DNA of 64,000 nt, from assembly GCA_913044205.1 (NCBI GenBank), contig CAJWNC010000010.1:1768-65767 (forward strand), written 5' to 3'. A program made the translations under genes and the position numbers. Positions within the stretch are counted from its first letter, which is position 1; each line of letters starts with the position of its first letter. The stretch comes from an uncultured Salinicola sp. Its GTDB lineage: Bacteria; Pseudomonadota; Gammaproteobacteria; Pseudomonadales; Halomonadaceae. The notes beneath the pieces are model-generated. The model was not told where the DNA came from, searched no databases, and was given only the letters and a program-made list of their open reading frames with translations. Of the stretch, positions 19,263 to 28,899 are shown one piece after another.

Positions 19263-21352
19263 GTTGCCGACCGTCGACAACGCAGCCGAATCGTGGGGCG
19301 AGCCCCGGCTCGCAGGGCGCGGACCAGTTCTCGCTGGCCCTGGATGGCGACGACGCCCCCATGTCGCCGACCGCGGCCGAGGCCGGCGCGCTCAGCCGTG
19401 ACACCCTGCTGGCGGCGCTGTCGCTATGGGTGGCGCTGGGCTGGCTGCGCCAGTTGGACCGCCACTTCGCGCTCTTTCTGCTCGAACGCGATCCCGCCGC
19501 CGATCCGCTGGTCGGCCTGGCTGCAGCGCTGGTCAGCCATCAGGTGGGCCGGGGCCATGTCTGCCTGTCGCTCTCCCGGGTGCTGGACGCACCACGCTCC
19601 GCGCTGTCGTTGCCGCCCCTGGAGAACGAGGGCGAGAACGAATCGGCGGAGGCGGTGGTGCTGCCGGAATCCCTGCTCGACCCGGTCACGCCGGCGCGAT
19701 GGTTCGCCGCGCTGATCGGCTCCACCACCGTTGCCGAGGCGACGGCGGCCGAGGGGCTCGCCACACCGCTGGTCGTGGACGGCGACCGGGTCTACCTGCG
19801 CCGGTACTGGCAGGCCGAGAGCGCGGTGGCGGCACGACTGCGCCAGCGTCTGGGGCCGCCGTTGGCGGTTGACGAGGGGCTGTCCACGCGACTGCAGGCT
19901 CTGTTCGCCGGCAATCGGCGCGAGCAGGGCGAACCTGACTGGCAGCGCGTGGCGTGCGCCCTGGCGCTGCGGCAGCGGCTGACGATCATCTCCGGCGGGC
20001 CGGGAACCGGCAAGACCACCACCGTGACTCGCCTGCTGGCGCTGCTGCAGGAGCAGTCGCTGTCGGGCGAGGGCGAGCCGCTGCGGATACGGCTGGCCGC
20101 GCCCACCGGCAAGGCGGCCGCCAGGCTATCGGAGTCGATCGCGGGAGCGGTCGGCCGGCTGGAGGTCTCCGACGCCGTGCGCGCCGCCATACCCCAGGAG
20201 GCGCAGACGCTCCACCGGCTGCTGGGGGCGCGCCCGGACACGCGCCACTTCCGCCATCATGCCGAGGCGCCGCTGAGCCTCGACCTGCTGGTGGTGGACG
20301 AGGCCTCGATGGTCGATCTCGAGATGATGGCGGCGCTGCTCGATGCCATGCCGGCGGAGGCGCGCCTGATCCTGCTTGGCGACAAGGATCAACTGGCCTC
20401 GGTGGAGGCGGGCTCGGTGCTGGGCGATCTGTGTGCGGGGGCCGGCGACGCCGGATACTCCGAGGCGACTCGCGACTATCTCCAGGCGATCGCGGGCGAG
20501 CCGTTGCCCGTTGCCGCCGAGACCAATCCGCTGGCCGATCACGTGGCGATGCTGCGCCGGAGTTTCCGCTTCCGGTCGGACAGCGGCATCGGGGCTCTCG
20601 CCAGGGCCGCCAACGCCGGCGATGGCCGCGACTTCACGCGGCTGTTGAAATCGGGTTTCCAGGATGTGGAGACGCTAGACATCGACGCGGCGGCATTCGA
20701 GCGGGCCGTGGTGACAGGCTACCGGCCGCTGTTCGAGGCGCTACGTGGCGGGGCGGACGTGGCATCGATTCTTGCCCTGCAGGGCCGCTTCCAGGTGCTG
20801 TGCGCCCTGCGCCGCGGGCCCTGGGGCGTCGAGGGGCTGAACGATCGCATCGCCCGGGCGCTGTGGCAGCAGGGCTGGATCTCGCGCACCGATGGCTGGT
20901 TCGCCGGCCGCCCGGTGATGGTGACCCACAACGACCCCCAACTGGGGCTCTACAACGGCGACCTGGGGCTGACGTTGGCCGATGACGCCGGCCGGCTGCG
21001 GGTCTGTTTCCCGCAGGGTGACGGTATCCGCCAGGTACTGCCGTCGCGGCTCGATGCCGCGGCGACGGCATTCGCGATGACCGTGCACAAATCCCAGGGA
21101 TCGGAGTTCGATCACGTCCTGTTCGCACTGCCGGCGCGGGCCAATCCCATCGTCACCCGGGAGCTGATCTACACTGGCATCACGCGAGCCCGCTCGCGGC
21201 TGACGCTGGCGCTGGCACAGGGTGGCAACGACGAGCGGACGTTACGCGAGGCCATCGCCCGGCAGGTGGTCAGGGACAGCGCGATCGCGGAGCGGCTGCT
21301 GGGTCTGCCAGGATCATCCGTGCCAAGGGATTCGTCAGGGAGTGAAACATGA
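19259..21352 (+). CDS. recD: Exodeoxyribonuclease V alpha subunit RecD
   Basis: SF1 helicase motifs GGPGTGKTTTV, VVDEASMVD, TVHKSQGSEF; follows recB with an ATGA overlap. Confidence 0.9.
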   Translation: MSCRPSTTQPNRGASPGSQGADQFSLALDGDDAPMSPTAAEAGALSRDTLLAALSLWVALGWLRQLDRHFALFLLERDPAADPLVGLAAALVSHQVGRGHVCLSLSRVLDAPRSALSLPPLENEGENESAEAVVLPESLLDPVTPARWFAALIGSTTVAEATAAEGLATPLVVDGDRVYLRRYWQAESAVAARLRQRLGPPLAVDEGLSTRLQALFAGNRREQGEPDWQRVACALALRQRLTIISGGPGTGKTTTVTRLLALLQEQSLSGEGEPLRIRLAAPTGKAAARLSESIAGAVGRLEVSDAVRAAIPQEAQTLHRLLGARPDTRHFRHHAEAPLSLDLLVVDEASMVDLEMMAALLDAMPAEARLILLGDKDQLASVEAGSVLGDLCAGAGDAGYSEATRDYLQAIAGEPLPVAAETNPLADHVAMLRRSFRFRSDSGIGALARAANAGDGRDFTRLLKSGFQDVETLDIDAAAFERAVVTGYRPLFEALRGGADVASILALQGRFQVLCALRRGPWGVEGLNDRIARALWQQGWISRTDGWFAGRPVMVTHNDPQLGLYNGDLGLTLADDAGRLRVCFPQGDGIRQVLPSRLDAAATAFAMTVHKSQGSEFDHVLFALPARANPIVTRELIYTGITRARSRLTLALAQGGNDERTLREAIARQVVRDSAIAERLLGLPGSSVPRDSSGSET

Positions 21353-22137
21353 GTGTCCACGAGTGGCAGGAACTGACCACGACGGAAATGGCCGGACTGG
21401 TCGACGCGGGGACGGTGGCCGTGCTGCCGCTGGCGGCGATCGAGCAGCACGGCGCGCATCTGCCGCTTTCCACCGATCTGGACATCGGACTGGGCCTGCT
21501 CGAGGCGGCGGCGACAAGACTCGCACCGGACCGGAACGTGATCCTGCTGCCGCCGCTGGCGCTGGGCTCGAGTCTGGAACACGCCGATTTCACGGGGACG
21601 TTGAGCCTGCTGCCGGAAACGGCGATCGCGGTCATCGAGGCGCTGGGCGAGGCGGTGAGCCGCGCCGGTATTCGCCGTCTGGTGCTGTTCAACAGCCACG
21701 GCGGCAACAAGGCGGTCATTGACCTGGCCGCGCTCAAGCTGCGGGCGAGGCACGCCATGCTGGTGGTCAAGGCCAACTACTTCCGCTTCACGCCGCCGGC
21801 GCAGACGCTGCCCGCCGAGGAACTCCGCCATGGCCTGCACGGCGGCGCGCTGGAAACGTCGATGATGCTACATCTCGCCCCGGACAAGGTTCGGGTTGCC
21901 CGGCTGGCCGATGCGGTCTCCGAAGGGCGAATCCGCGAGCAGGCCGGATCGACCCTGGGCCCGGAGGGGGATGCCGGCTACGCCTGGATGGCGCAGGATC
22001 TGCACGCCAGCGGGGTGACTGGCAACGCGACCCTGGCCGACGCCGAGACCGGGCGTCGGCTTGTCGATCATTTCGGCGCCCGGCTGGCGCAGGTGATCGA
22101 GGAGGCGGGAGCGTTCGATCTCGACACCCTGCGTTGA
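21349..22137 (+). CDS. Creatininase (creatinine amidohydrolase) family metal-dependent amidohydrolase
   Basis: LPLAAIEQHGAHLPLSTD and NSHGGN motifs typical of the family; ATG overlaps the recD stop (ATGA at 21349-21352). Confidence 0.8.
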   Translation: MSVHEWQELTTTEMAGLVDAGTVAVLPLAAIEQHGAHLPLSTDLDIGLGLLEAAATRLAPDRNVILLPPLALGSSLEHADFTGTLSLLPETAIAVIEALGEAVSRAGIRRLVLFNSHGGNKAVIDLAALKLRARHAMLVVKANYFRFTPPAQTLPAEELRHGLHGGALETSMMLHLAPDKVRVARLADAVSEGRIREQAGSTLGPEGDAGYAWMAQDLHASGVTGNATLADAETGRRLVDHFGARLAQVIEEAGAFDLDTLR

Positions 22138-22208
22138 CGCCATCCGGCGTCGGGGTGACGGGGTGCGTCTCCCGAACGCCGATGGTTGCGGCGACGATTG
22201 GGTGAGGC

Positions 22209-23348
22209 TCAGCGCGCCACCGGACGCCGGAAAGGCGTGGCCGACTCCTTCTCGCCGTCTTCGAGAACCTCTTCCAGCCAGTGGCCGGCGCGCTTGGCCT
22301 TGGCGTCCAGGTAGCGTCGGTTCTGCTTGGTCAGCTTGCCGTAGACGCCGCGCCGGTTGACCACCTCGACGCCGCCCTGGTCCATGGCGGCGATCTTCTC
22401 GGGGTTGTTGGTCAACAGTTCGATCCGCGCGATCTCCAACTGCTCGAGCATCTCCAGCGCGACTTCGTAGGTTCGCTCGTCCTCCCCGAACCCGAGTACC
22501 TGGTCGGCGTCGACCGTGTCCAGGCCGCCATCCTGCAGGGTATAGGCACGCAGCTTGTTGGCCAGCCCGATACCCCGGCCTTCCTGGGCGAGATAGAGCA
22601 GCACGCCGCCGCCGCGTTCGTCGATGGTGCGCACGCTCTCGCGCAGCTGCTCGCCGCAGTCGCAGCGCAAGCTGCCGAACAGATCGCCGGTGAGGCAGGC
22701 CGAATGGAGACGCACCGGCACCGCATCGCTCCATTCGCGGCGATCGCCGATCACGATCGCGATGTGCTCGCGCATGCCGTCGGCCTCCCGGAACATGACG
22801 AATTTCGCGCGTTCGGCGTGGGACAGCGGGATCTCCGCGTCACTGGTGCGCTTGAGGAAGCGTGACCGGCTTTCGGAGTAGGCATCGATCTGCTCGGCGG
22901 CGACCGCCAGAACGGTGCCCTCCGCGACCAGCGCCTCGACCTGGGCGCGCTGGGCGTGGCTGACCTCGGCGACCACGGCCGCGGGGATCAGCAGGCCGAT
23001 TCGCATCAGATCCAGCGCCGCCTCGCTTGCCGGATCGGCGGCGACGGGCTGGCGATCCACGGGCAACCGCTGCGTTTCGTCACTGGCCCAGGCGACGATG
23101 GCGTGGGCGCCGTCGGCGGGGGCGACCGGCACCAGCCCCACGCGCGGGCCGAAGTCGATGCCCAGCCGCGCCAGGCGGTGGCGGGTCAGCGCCAGTGCGG
23201 CCGGGCCGCCGGCCAGCGCCGGCAGTGCCGCCAGCGCGTCGTCGTCGCAGCCCTCGAGCGGGTGGACCACCACGTCGCCGCTGGGGGCACGCACGAGAAC
23301 CGGGAGGCCGCGTCGCAGATCGAATATCGCGCGTTCTACCTGTCGCAT
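22209..23348 (-). CDS. GTP cyclohydrolase II with about 170-aa N-terminal domain of unclear function
   Basis: C-terminal half VRLHSACLTGDLFGSLRCDCGEQL...EGRGIGLANKLRAYTLQDGGLDTVDA matches RibA; AAGGAG lies 6 nt upstream of ATG 23348. Confidence 0.85.
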   Translation of the reverse strand: MRQVERAIFDLRRGLPVLVRAPSGDVVVHPLEGCDDDALAALPALAGGPAALALTRHRLARLGIDFGPRVGLVPVAPADGAHAIVAWASDETQRLPVDRQPVAADPASEAALDLMRIGLLIPAAVVAEVSHAQRAQVEALVAEGTVLAVAAEQIDAYSESRSRFLKRTSDAEIPLSHAERAKFVMFREADGMREHIAIVIGDRREWSDAVPVRLHSACLTGDLFGSLRCDCGEQLRESVRTIDERGGGVLLYLAQEGRGIGLANKLRAYTLQDGGLDTVDADQVLGFGEDERTYEVALEMLEQLEIARIELLTNNPEKIAAMDQGGVEVVNRRGVYGKLTKQNRRYLDAKAKRAGHWLEEVLEDGEKESATPFRRPVAR

Positions 23349-23505
23349 GATCGTCTCCTTATCCTGTCGTCCATGATCAGTCTCATCTGTGATCGCTATC
23401 CGTGATTGGCACCCATGACCGGCGTGAAAGAGCGGCGAGGTGAAACGGAATGACGGCGCTCACCGCCGAACGCTCTCCGCCAAGGGCGATCTTTGTTACG
23501 CTGTG

Positions 23506-24429
23506 ATGCCGTCTGGCCAAGGAATGACCGTGACTGCCTCGTCCGATAATCCCGCTCATGCCGTTACACCCACCGTGTCCGCGCCCCAGGCCTGGCGCTG
23601 GCTTCGCCAGGTGGCGGCCCTGACCCGTGACGACACCTTCGACGGTACCGTCGTCGATGGGCATCATCGCCTGGAAGTCGACGACGCCGGCGACTGGCGC
23701 TGCAGCCATCCGGTCGACGAGGAGGCCGCGCAGCTGCTGTCGATCTGGTTGCCGTGGTGCACCGCGGCGTTGCTCCGGGGGCCACGTGTCATCGCCCAGT
23801 TCGGCCAGAGCCTGGACGGTCGCATTGCGACGGTCACCGGTGCTTCCCACTACGTGACCGGACAGCAGAGCCTGGTCCACCTGCATCGGATGCGGGCGCT
23901 GGTCGACGCGGTCGTGGTCGGTGCCGGTACGGTCGATGCCGACGATCCGCAGCTGACGGTGCGCCATGTCGAGGGCGACAACCCGCTGCGGGTGGTGCTC
24001 GACCCGCGGGGCCGGGTGCCGGCCGACCGCAATGTCTTCCGCCAGCCGGCGGCGCCGACCTGGCACCTCGTCAACCAAGGTGTCGAAGGCCATGGGCTTG
24101 CGGCGCATGTCAGCGTCAAATCGCTGCCGCAGGGGGCGGCCGGCGTCGATCCCGCCAGCGTTCTCGCTGTGCTGGCCGAGCAAGGCCATCGTCGGATCCT
24201 GATCGAGGGTGGCGGGCTGACGATCTCCCGCTTTCTCGAGGCGGACTGTCTCGACCGATTGCACAGCGTGGTCGCACCCATGCTGATCGGGTCCGGCCGT
24301 CCGGCGCTGACGCTGCCGGAGATCGAGACGCTGGAGGTGGCGCTGCGACCGGCCTGTCGCCATTTCCGCCTCGGCCAGGACATGCTGTTCGATCTCGATC
24401 TGCGCGATAGAACTCCATCGGCCTCCTGA
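23506..24429 (+). CDS. RibD C-terminal-domain reductase (diaminohydroxyphosphoribosylaminopyrimidine reductase-like; no deaminase domain)
   Basis: FGQSLDGRIA...VVVGAGTVDADDPQLTVR...ILIEGGGLT motifs. Start ambiguous: ATG 23506, ATG 23524, or GTG 23530, which has AAGGA 6 nt upstream. Confidence 0.75.
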   Translation: MPSGQGMTVTASSDNPAHAVTPTVSAPQAWRWLRQVAALTRDDTFDGTVVDGHHRLEVDDAGDWRCSHPVDEEAAQLLSIWLPWCTAALLRGPRVIAQFGQSLDGRIATVTGASHYVTGQQSLVHLHRMRALVDAVVVGAGTVDADDPQLTVRHVEGDNPLRVVLDPRGRVPADRNVFRQPAAPTWHLVNQGVEGHGLAAHVSVKSLPQGAAGVDPASVLAVLAEQGHRRILIEGGGLTISRFLEADCLDRLHSVVAPMLIGSGRPALTLPEIETLEVALRPACRHFRLGQDMLFDLDLRDRTPSAS

Positions 24430-24431
24430 TC

Positions 24432-25421
24432 TCATCCGGGATGTCCCTCCGCTGCCATCTTGCGGCGAACCGAGGCTGCCCGGCTCGCACGCCGGTCCCA
24501 CAACAGCACTCCCAATCCCGGCAGGCTGGCGGCGAGCACGAGCAGGCCGTAGGCCACTGAGAGCGCGACTCCCTCCTGGGCCGGCAGGCCGGCCAGGGGC
24601 CAGATCACTGCGGCGGCCCCTTCCCTTAGCCCCCAACCGGCGACGGTCAGGGGGATCGCCATGGCCATCAGCAGGGGCGGGATCAGCGGCAGCAACTGCG
24701 GGATCGGCCGCTGGAGGCCGAGGGCCTGGGCGGCGCAGAGAAAGACGGCGACGTAGGTGGCGGTCACCAGCAGCGAGCTGAGCAGTTGGGCGGGCCACAC
24801 GGATGCCGTCAGCAACGCCCGCCTGATGTCCTGGCCGAAGGTCGCCAGGGCCGTCCAGCGCCACCGCCTCGATACGCCGATGACGATGCCGACCAGCAGC
24901 AGTGCCGCCAGCAGAAGCCACGTCAGGGTCGTCGCCTGGGCTTGCCACGCCCGGGCGATGCCGTGGCGTAGGTCCGGCGAGAGACAGATGGCGGCGACCG
25001 CCACGAGCAGCAGCGCCACCTGTCCGGAGGCGCGCTCGATGATCACGGCGCGAACCGCCGGCCCCGATGCCGGGGGGTGGCCGCCACCGGAGTGTGTCCG
25101 GGTATTGCCGTGGCGCCAGGCTCGGGCGGCGTCTCCCAGGACGCCGCCCGGCAGCACCTGGTTGAGGAAGGTGGCCAGATAGTATTCGCGGATGGCCACG
25201 GGCCACCGCAGCGCGATGCCGATCCGGTGCGCCGTCATCCGCCAGCGCCAGGCCGAGATCGCGACCTGGGGAATGCCGAGCAGGACCGCGACCGCGACCC
25301 AGGCCGGCGACAGCGCCATGAGCCGTTCCAGCAGCTGGCCGGTATCCAGTTTCCACGCCAGTAGGCCCAGCAGCGCCAGCGTCACGGCCAGCCGCAGCCA
25401 GGGCGACAGCCACCGGTTCAC
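24432..25421 (-). CDS. Flippase-like / lysylphosphatidylglycerol-synthase TM-region family membrane protein
   Basis: 329 aa, about 8 TM segments; N-terminus MNRWLSPWLRLAVTLALLGLLAWKLD resembles the UPF0104 family; GTGA overlap with the upstream methyltransferase stop. Confidence 0.55.
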   Translation of the reverse strand: MNRWLSPWLRLAVTLALLGLLAWKLDTGQLLERLMALSPAWVAVAVLLGIPQVAISAWRWRMTAHRIGIALRWPVAIREYYLATFLNQVLPGGVLGDAARAWRHGNTRTHSGGGHPPASGPAVRAVIIERASGQVALLLVAVAAICLSPDLRHGIARAWQAQATTLTWLLLAALLLVGIVIGVSRRWRWTALATFGQDIRRALLTASVWPAQLLSSLLVTATYVAVFLCAAQALGLQRPIPQLLPLIPPLLMAMAIPLTVAGWGLREGAAAVIWPLAGLPAQEGVALSVAYGLLVLAASLPGLGVLLWDRRASRAASVRRKMAAEGHPG

Positions 25422-26344
25422 GCTCGCGCTCCCGAGGGCGTTCCGCCGGTCGGGGTCGCCAGCAGATCGCGGTGACCCACGGTCAACGTCGCCCGCTCAC
25501 GCCGCAGATCGTCGAGACGGCGGGCATGCCAATGGTCGACACGGTCCCGCTGCTGCGGCAGTTGCTCGTGAAGCGCCTTGCGCCAGCCGGCCATCAGCGC
25601 CTCGGCGAGAGGCAGCGATTCCGGCCCGAGCCGCCAGGGGGACGCGGCTTCACGGATAAGGTAGCCGCGGCGGTGGAAGCTCTCGCGAAGCCGTCGGGGA
25701 GCCTCGCTGCCCACCGCCGGGCCGCCCCCCTTGTCGCGATGCTGGTGGGCCTGGAGCGCGGCGAGCATGAAGCGGTCGTCGTCGCCGTAAAGCGCGCTGC
25801 CGCCGGCATCGTGGAAACGGATCAGGCCATCGATACTGAGGGCGAACAGCACCGCACAGCCGCTACGCTGGCAGGCATCGGCCAATGCCTCGATATCGGC
25901 GGCCGTCAGCAGGTCGAACAGCGCCGAGGCGGTGACCAGGTCGGCGCCCTCCAGGCCGTGCTCCCAGGCCGCCGTCAGGCTCAGTTGGTCGGTCTCCAGG
26001 TGGATCGGCTGGCCGTCGGCACTCGACAGCGACTCGCAGCGAAGTCGGGCCTGGGCCAGCAGCCCGGCGTCGTGGTCGATGAGTCGCCAGGACTGGGCGC
26101 CCTGCAGCCGCGGTGCCAGATAGCGCAGATTGGAGCCGCTGCCGCAGCCCAGGTCGACCACGCTGCGTGGTGTCTCGAGCGACCGGGCCTCGCGCGGTGG
26201 GTGCGCCGCGGCGCGGCGCGTCAGCCACTGATCCACGGCGTGGGTGAGCTGGGCATCGCGCGCCCTGTGATCGGCGGGCTCCCTCAGCGTCAGCCATTGA
26301 TCGCTGAACAGCGCGTCGGTGGCGGGTAGCTGCGACATCGGCAT
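25418..26344 (-). CDS. Class I SAM-dependent methyltransferase
   Basis: Motif I VVDLGCGSGSNLRYL; start at ATG 26344 (MPMSQLP...) forms an ATGA overlap with the glycosyltransferase stop. The tracked ORF extends 182 aa further upstream inside the GT gene and that extension is rejected. Confidence 0.75.
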   Translation of the reverse strand: MPMSQLPATDALFSDQWLTLREPADHRARDAQLTHAVDQWLTRRAAAHPPREARSLETPRSVVDLGCGSGSNLRYLAPRLQGAQSWRLIDHDAGLLAQARLRCESLSSADGQPIHLETDQLSLTAAWEHGLEGADLVTASALFDLLTAADIEALADACQRSGCAVLFALSIDGLIRFHDAGGSALYGDDDRFMLAALQAHQHRDKGGGPAVGSEAPRRLRESFHRRGYLIREAASPWRLGPESLPLAEALMAGWRKALHEQLPQQRDRVDHWHARRLDDLRRERATLTVGHRDLLATPTGGTPSGARA

Positions 26345-27408
26345 CAGCGCGTTGCCTCTGTCATCTTCGAGCGTGTCAGGGCCTGGCCGAAGGCGGCGGC
26401 GGCGGTGTGCCAGTCCGTCAGGGTCTCGCGGCACGTTCTGGCCCCTGTCCGGTAGCGCTGGTAGCGCTCCGAATCCTCCAGCATGCGTTCGAGTGCATGG
26501 CGTAGCGCCGCGACATCGCCCGGCGGCACCTTGATGCCGGCGGTGTCTGGCAGCGTATGGGCCAGGGCGCCTCCCGTCGTGGTCACTACCGGCAGGCCAT
26601 GGGCGAGCGCTTCGGTGACGACCATGCCGTAGCCCTCGTAGTGGGAAGGCAGCACGAAGAGATCGGCTTGACGATAATGCTCGGCCAGGCGCTCGGCGGG
26701 TTGGGAGCCCAGCAGTCGCACGCGTTCGCCCAGCTGGTGTTCGTCGATGGCCTCGCGCACCTTGGCGACGTAGGCGTCGGCCCGATCCAGCGCGCCGATC
26801 AGATCGCATCGCCACGGCAGCGCGGTCAGACCCGCCAGCGCCTCGACCAGCAGATCCTGGCCCTTGCGCGGTGTCACCGTCGCAATGCACAGCAGGCGAG
26901 GGGTGCCACTGCCGTCGCCGCTCGCCAGTGGGCCGGTCTGGACGCCGGGCTCGATGACGGCGATCTTGTCGGCCGGCACATCGAAGTCGCGAAGCCGACG
27001 GGCGGTATAGACGCTGGTGACGATGACGCTCGCGGCTGCCGCCAGGGCGCGGGTCTCGCTGACGCGGAAGCGCTGCTGTTCCGGGGCGCCCAGGCCGGTC
27101 TCGTCGGCGAGTGGATGGTGCACCAGTGCGGTGATCGATAGCCGCGACGCGTGACGCTCGACGATGGCCGGCAGCCCGCCCATGGCGAGCCCGTCGATCA
27201 CGGCCCGGCTGCCGTCCGCCAGGGCGGTCAAGGCGCAGTCCAGGGCGTGGGAGGCGACGGCATCCGGCTCGGGAAAGCGTCCCTCGAGCCCGATGACGTC
27301 GATGCTCCAGCCTGCCGCGCGCAACGCTTCGACGATTCGCGCATCGTAGACGTAGCCGCCGGTCAGTTGGTCGGGGTTTCCGGCGACGATGAGGGTGAAG
27401 TCGCTCAT
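26344..27408 (-). CDS. Glycosyltransferase, GT-B fold (family 4/GT1-like)
   Basis: C-terminal donor-binding region [28 protein letters not shown] (E-x7-E type); ATGA overlap with the upstream PTPS-like gene. Confidence 0.8.
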   Translation of the reverse strand: MSDFTLIVAGNPDQLTGGYVYDARIVEALRAAGWSIDVIGLEGRFPEPDAVASHALDCALTALADGSRAVIDGLAMGGLPAIVERHASRLSITALVHHPLADETGLGAPEQQRFRVSETRALAAAASVIVTSVYTARRLRDFDVPADKIAVIEPGVQTGPLASGDGSGTPRLLCIATVTPRKGQDLLVEALAGLTALPWRCDLIGALDRADAYVAKVREAIDEHQLGERVRLLGSQPAERLAEHYRQADLFVLPSHYEGYGMVVTEALAHGLPVVTTTGGALAHTLPDTAGIKVPPGDVAALRHALERMLEDSERYQRYRTGARTCRETLTDWHTAAAAFGQALTRSKMTEATR

Positions 27409-27803
27409 AGTCCCCCTTCGTAGCTTGCCCAGGCCACGTGGGACTCGTGCAGGGTCACGGTCAAGGCGGTGAGGTGGCGGCCGCCGTCACCCAGTTCACC
27501 CTCGCGAATGGCGTGGGAGAGCCGGTCGAAGACGACCTTGGCCATGAATTCGGTGGTGGTGTTGCGGCCCTTGAACTCGTCGACATCGTCAAGGTTGCCC
27601 AGGGTGAATTCACCGAGCACGCGTTTCAGTGTCTCGCTGGCCAGACCGATATCGACGACGAGATCGTCCTGGTCGAGCTCGGGGCGCTTGAAGGTGGCGT
27701 CGACCACGTAGGTCGCACCGTGCAGCTTCTGCGCCGGTCCGAAAGTCTCGCTGTTGAAGCTGTGGGCGATCATCATGTGATCGCGAACGGTCAAGCTGAA
27801 CAT
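27405..27803 (-). CDS. 6-pyruvoyl-tetrahydropterin synthase (PTPS/QueD) fold protein, non-canonical active site
   Basis: 132 aa from [16 protein letters not shown]...[10 protein letters not shown], a PTPS-like layout; AAGGAG lies 8 nt upstream of ATG 27803. Confidence 0.7.
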   Translation of the reverse strand: MFSLTVRDHMMIAHSFNSETFGPAQKLHGATYVVDATFKRPELDQDDLVVDIGLASETLKRVLGEFTLGNLDDVDEFKGRNTTTEFMAKVVFDRLSHAIREGELGDGGRHLTALTVTLHESHVAWASYEGGL

Positions 27804-27927
27804 GTCTCTCGCTCCTTGATGAGTCGGCCTGGTGGGCGGCCGGTGCCGAACTTGCGTCCTGCTGTCCCTGGCGAATCCCCCCGGTGGCGAGCGCGACACC
27901 GGGGCGGTGTGATGAGATTACGTGGCG

Positions 27928-28899
27928 TCAGCCGTAACGGATGCGCTGGCAGAGCGTGTCGTCGTCACGCTGGCTCAGTCGCTTGAGGGTCTCGGGCAGA
28001 TCCCGGAAATGGCTCTCCCCGCTGATCAGCACGTCCAGGCAGTCGTGATCGAGCAGCGCCAGCGCCAGGGTGAGTCGCCGCTTGTGATTCCAGCGCGGAC
28101 GATGCCCGGGCGACACGCTGCCGACCTGGCTCGATCGCAGCGTCAGGCGACGGGCGTGAAACGCCTCGCCGAGCGGCAGATTGACCTCGCGGCTGCCGTA
28201 CCAGCTCATCTCGAGCACGGTGGCCTCGAACCCTGCCAGTGAAAGCGCGCTTTGCAAGCCGGCATCCGATGCGCTGGCATGCACCACCAGATCCTGTTCG
28301 GCCTCGGCGGTCTCGGGGGTGTGGAAATCCACCCCCAGCGCCTCGCCGAGAAAGCGCTTGCGCTCGTCGATATCGATCAGTTGGACGTGGGTCCCGGGCA
28401 GTCGGGCGCAGAGCCAGGCCACCAGGGCGCCGACCACGCCAGCGCCGACGACGCTGATCCGGTCGCCGATGCCTGGTGCCGCGTCCCACAAGGCGTTGAG
28501 CGCCGTTTCCATGTTGGCGCCGAGTATCGCGCGCTGCGGGGGTACGCCGGGCGGCAGCGGCACGACATCCCCGATGCCGACACGGTAGTGGGTCTGGTGA
28601 GGGTGCAGGCAGTAGACGTATCGCCCGTGCCAGTCGTGCGCTCCCTGTTCGACGACGCCGACATTGGAGTAGCCGTATTTGACCGGGCCGGGAAACTCGC
28701 CGCTTTGAAAGGGGGCCCGCATTCGCTGGTATTCGCTCGCCGGTACCTGGCCGTTGAAGACCAGGGTCTCGCTGCCCCGACTGATGGCGGAGTAACAGGT
28801 GCGGATCATCAAGTCGCCGCTGACACTCAGCTCGGCCTGGCGAATTTCGCCGTTACCGTTGCCGAGAGACCAGAAGGCATGAGCGTAAGGCGTCGTCAT
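27928..28899 (-). CDS. Medium-chain (zinc-type) alcohol dehydrogenase-like oxidoreductase
   Basis: 323 aa from MTTPYAHAFW; Rossmann motif VVGAGVVGALVAWL mid-protein; MDR-like architecture; first gene of the minus-strand operon. Confidence 0.65.
   Translation of the reverse strand: MTTPYAHAFWSLGNGNGEIRQAELSVSGDLMIRTCYSAISRGSETLVFNGQVPASEYQRMRAPFQSGEFPGPVKYGYSNVGVVEQGAHDWHGRYVYCLHPHQTHYRVGIGDVVPLPPGVPPQRAILGANMETALNALWDAAPGIGDRISVVGAGVVGALVAWLCARLPGTHVQLIDIDERKRFLGEALGVDFHTPETAEAEQDLVVHASASDAGLQSALSLAGFEATVLEMSWYGSREVNLPLGEAFHARRLTLRSSQVGSVSPGHRPRWNHKRRLTLALALLDHDCLDVLISGESHFRDLPETLKRLSQRDDDTLCQRIRYG

Noticed and set aside
22136-22151. GACGCC-ATCC-GGCGTC hairpin after the creatininase gene as a terminator
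   Set aside because: The stem is short, has no following U-tract on either strand, and overlaps the stop codon. The evidence is insufficient.
22209-23348. The idea that the GCH II is a formamidopyrimidine-forming variant needing the neighbouring creatininase-family protein as an ArfB-like deformylase
   Set aside because: The Tyr whose replacement is associated with FAPy-forming RibA paralogs appears retained (LRAYTLQ), so ordinary GCH II chemistry is more likely. The link is kept only as a weak hypothesis in the creatininase finding.
25418-26890. Full 490-aa version of the methyltransferase ORF
   Set aside because: The first 182 residues are Arg/Gly/Pro-rich and lie inside the glycosyltransferase coding region in another frame. 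The ATG at 26344 gives an ATGA junction with the GT stop and a normal-length methyltransferase.
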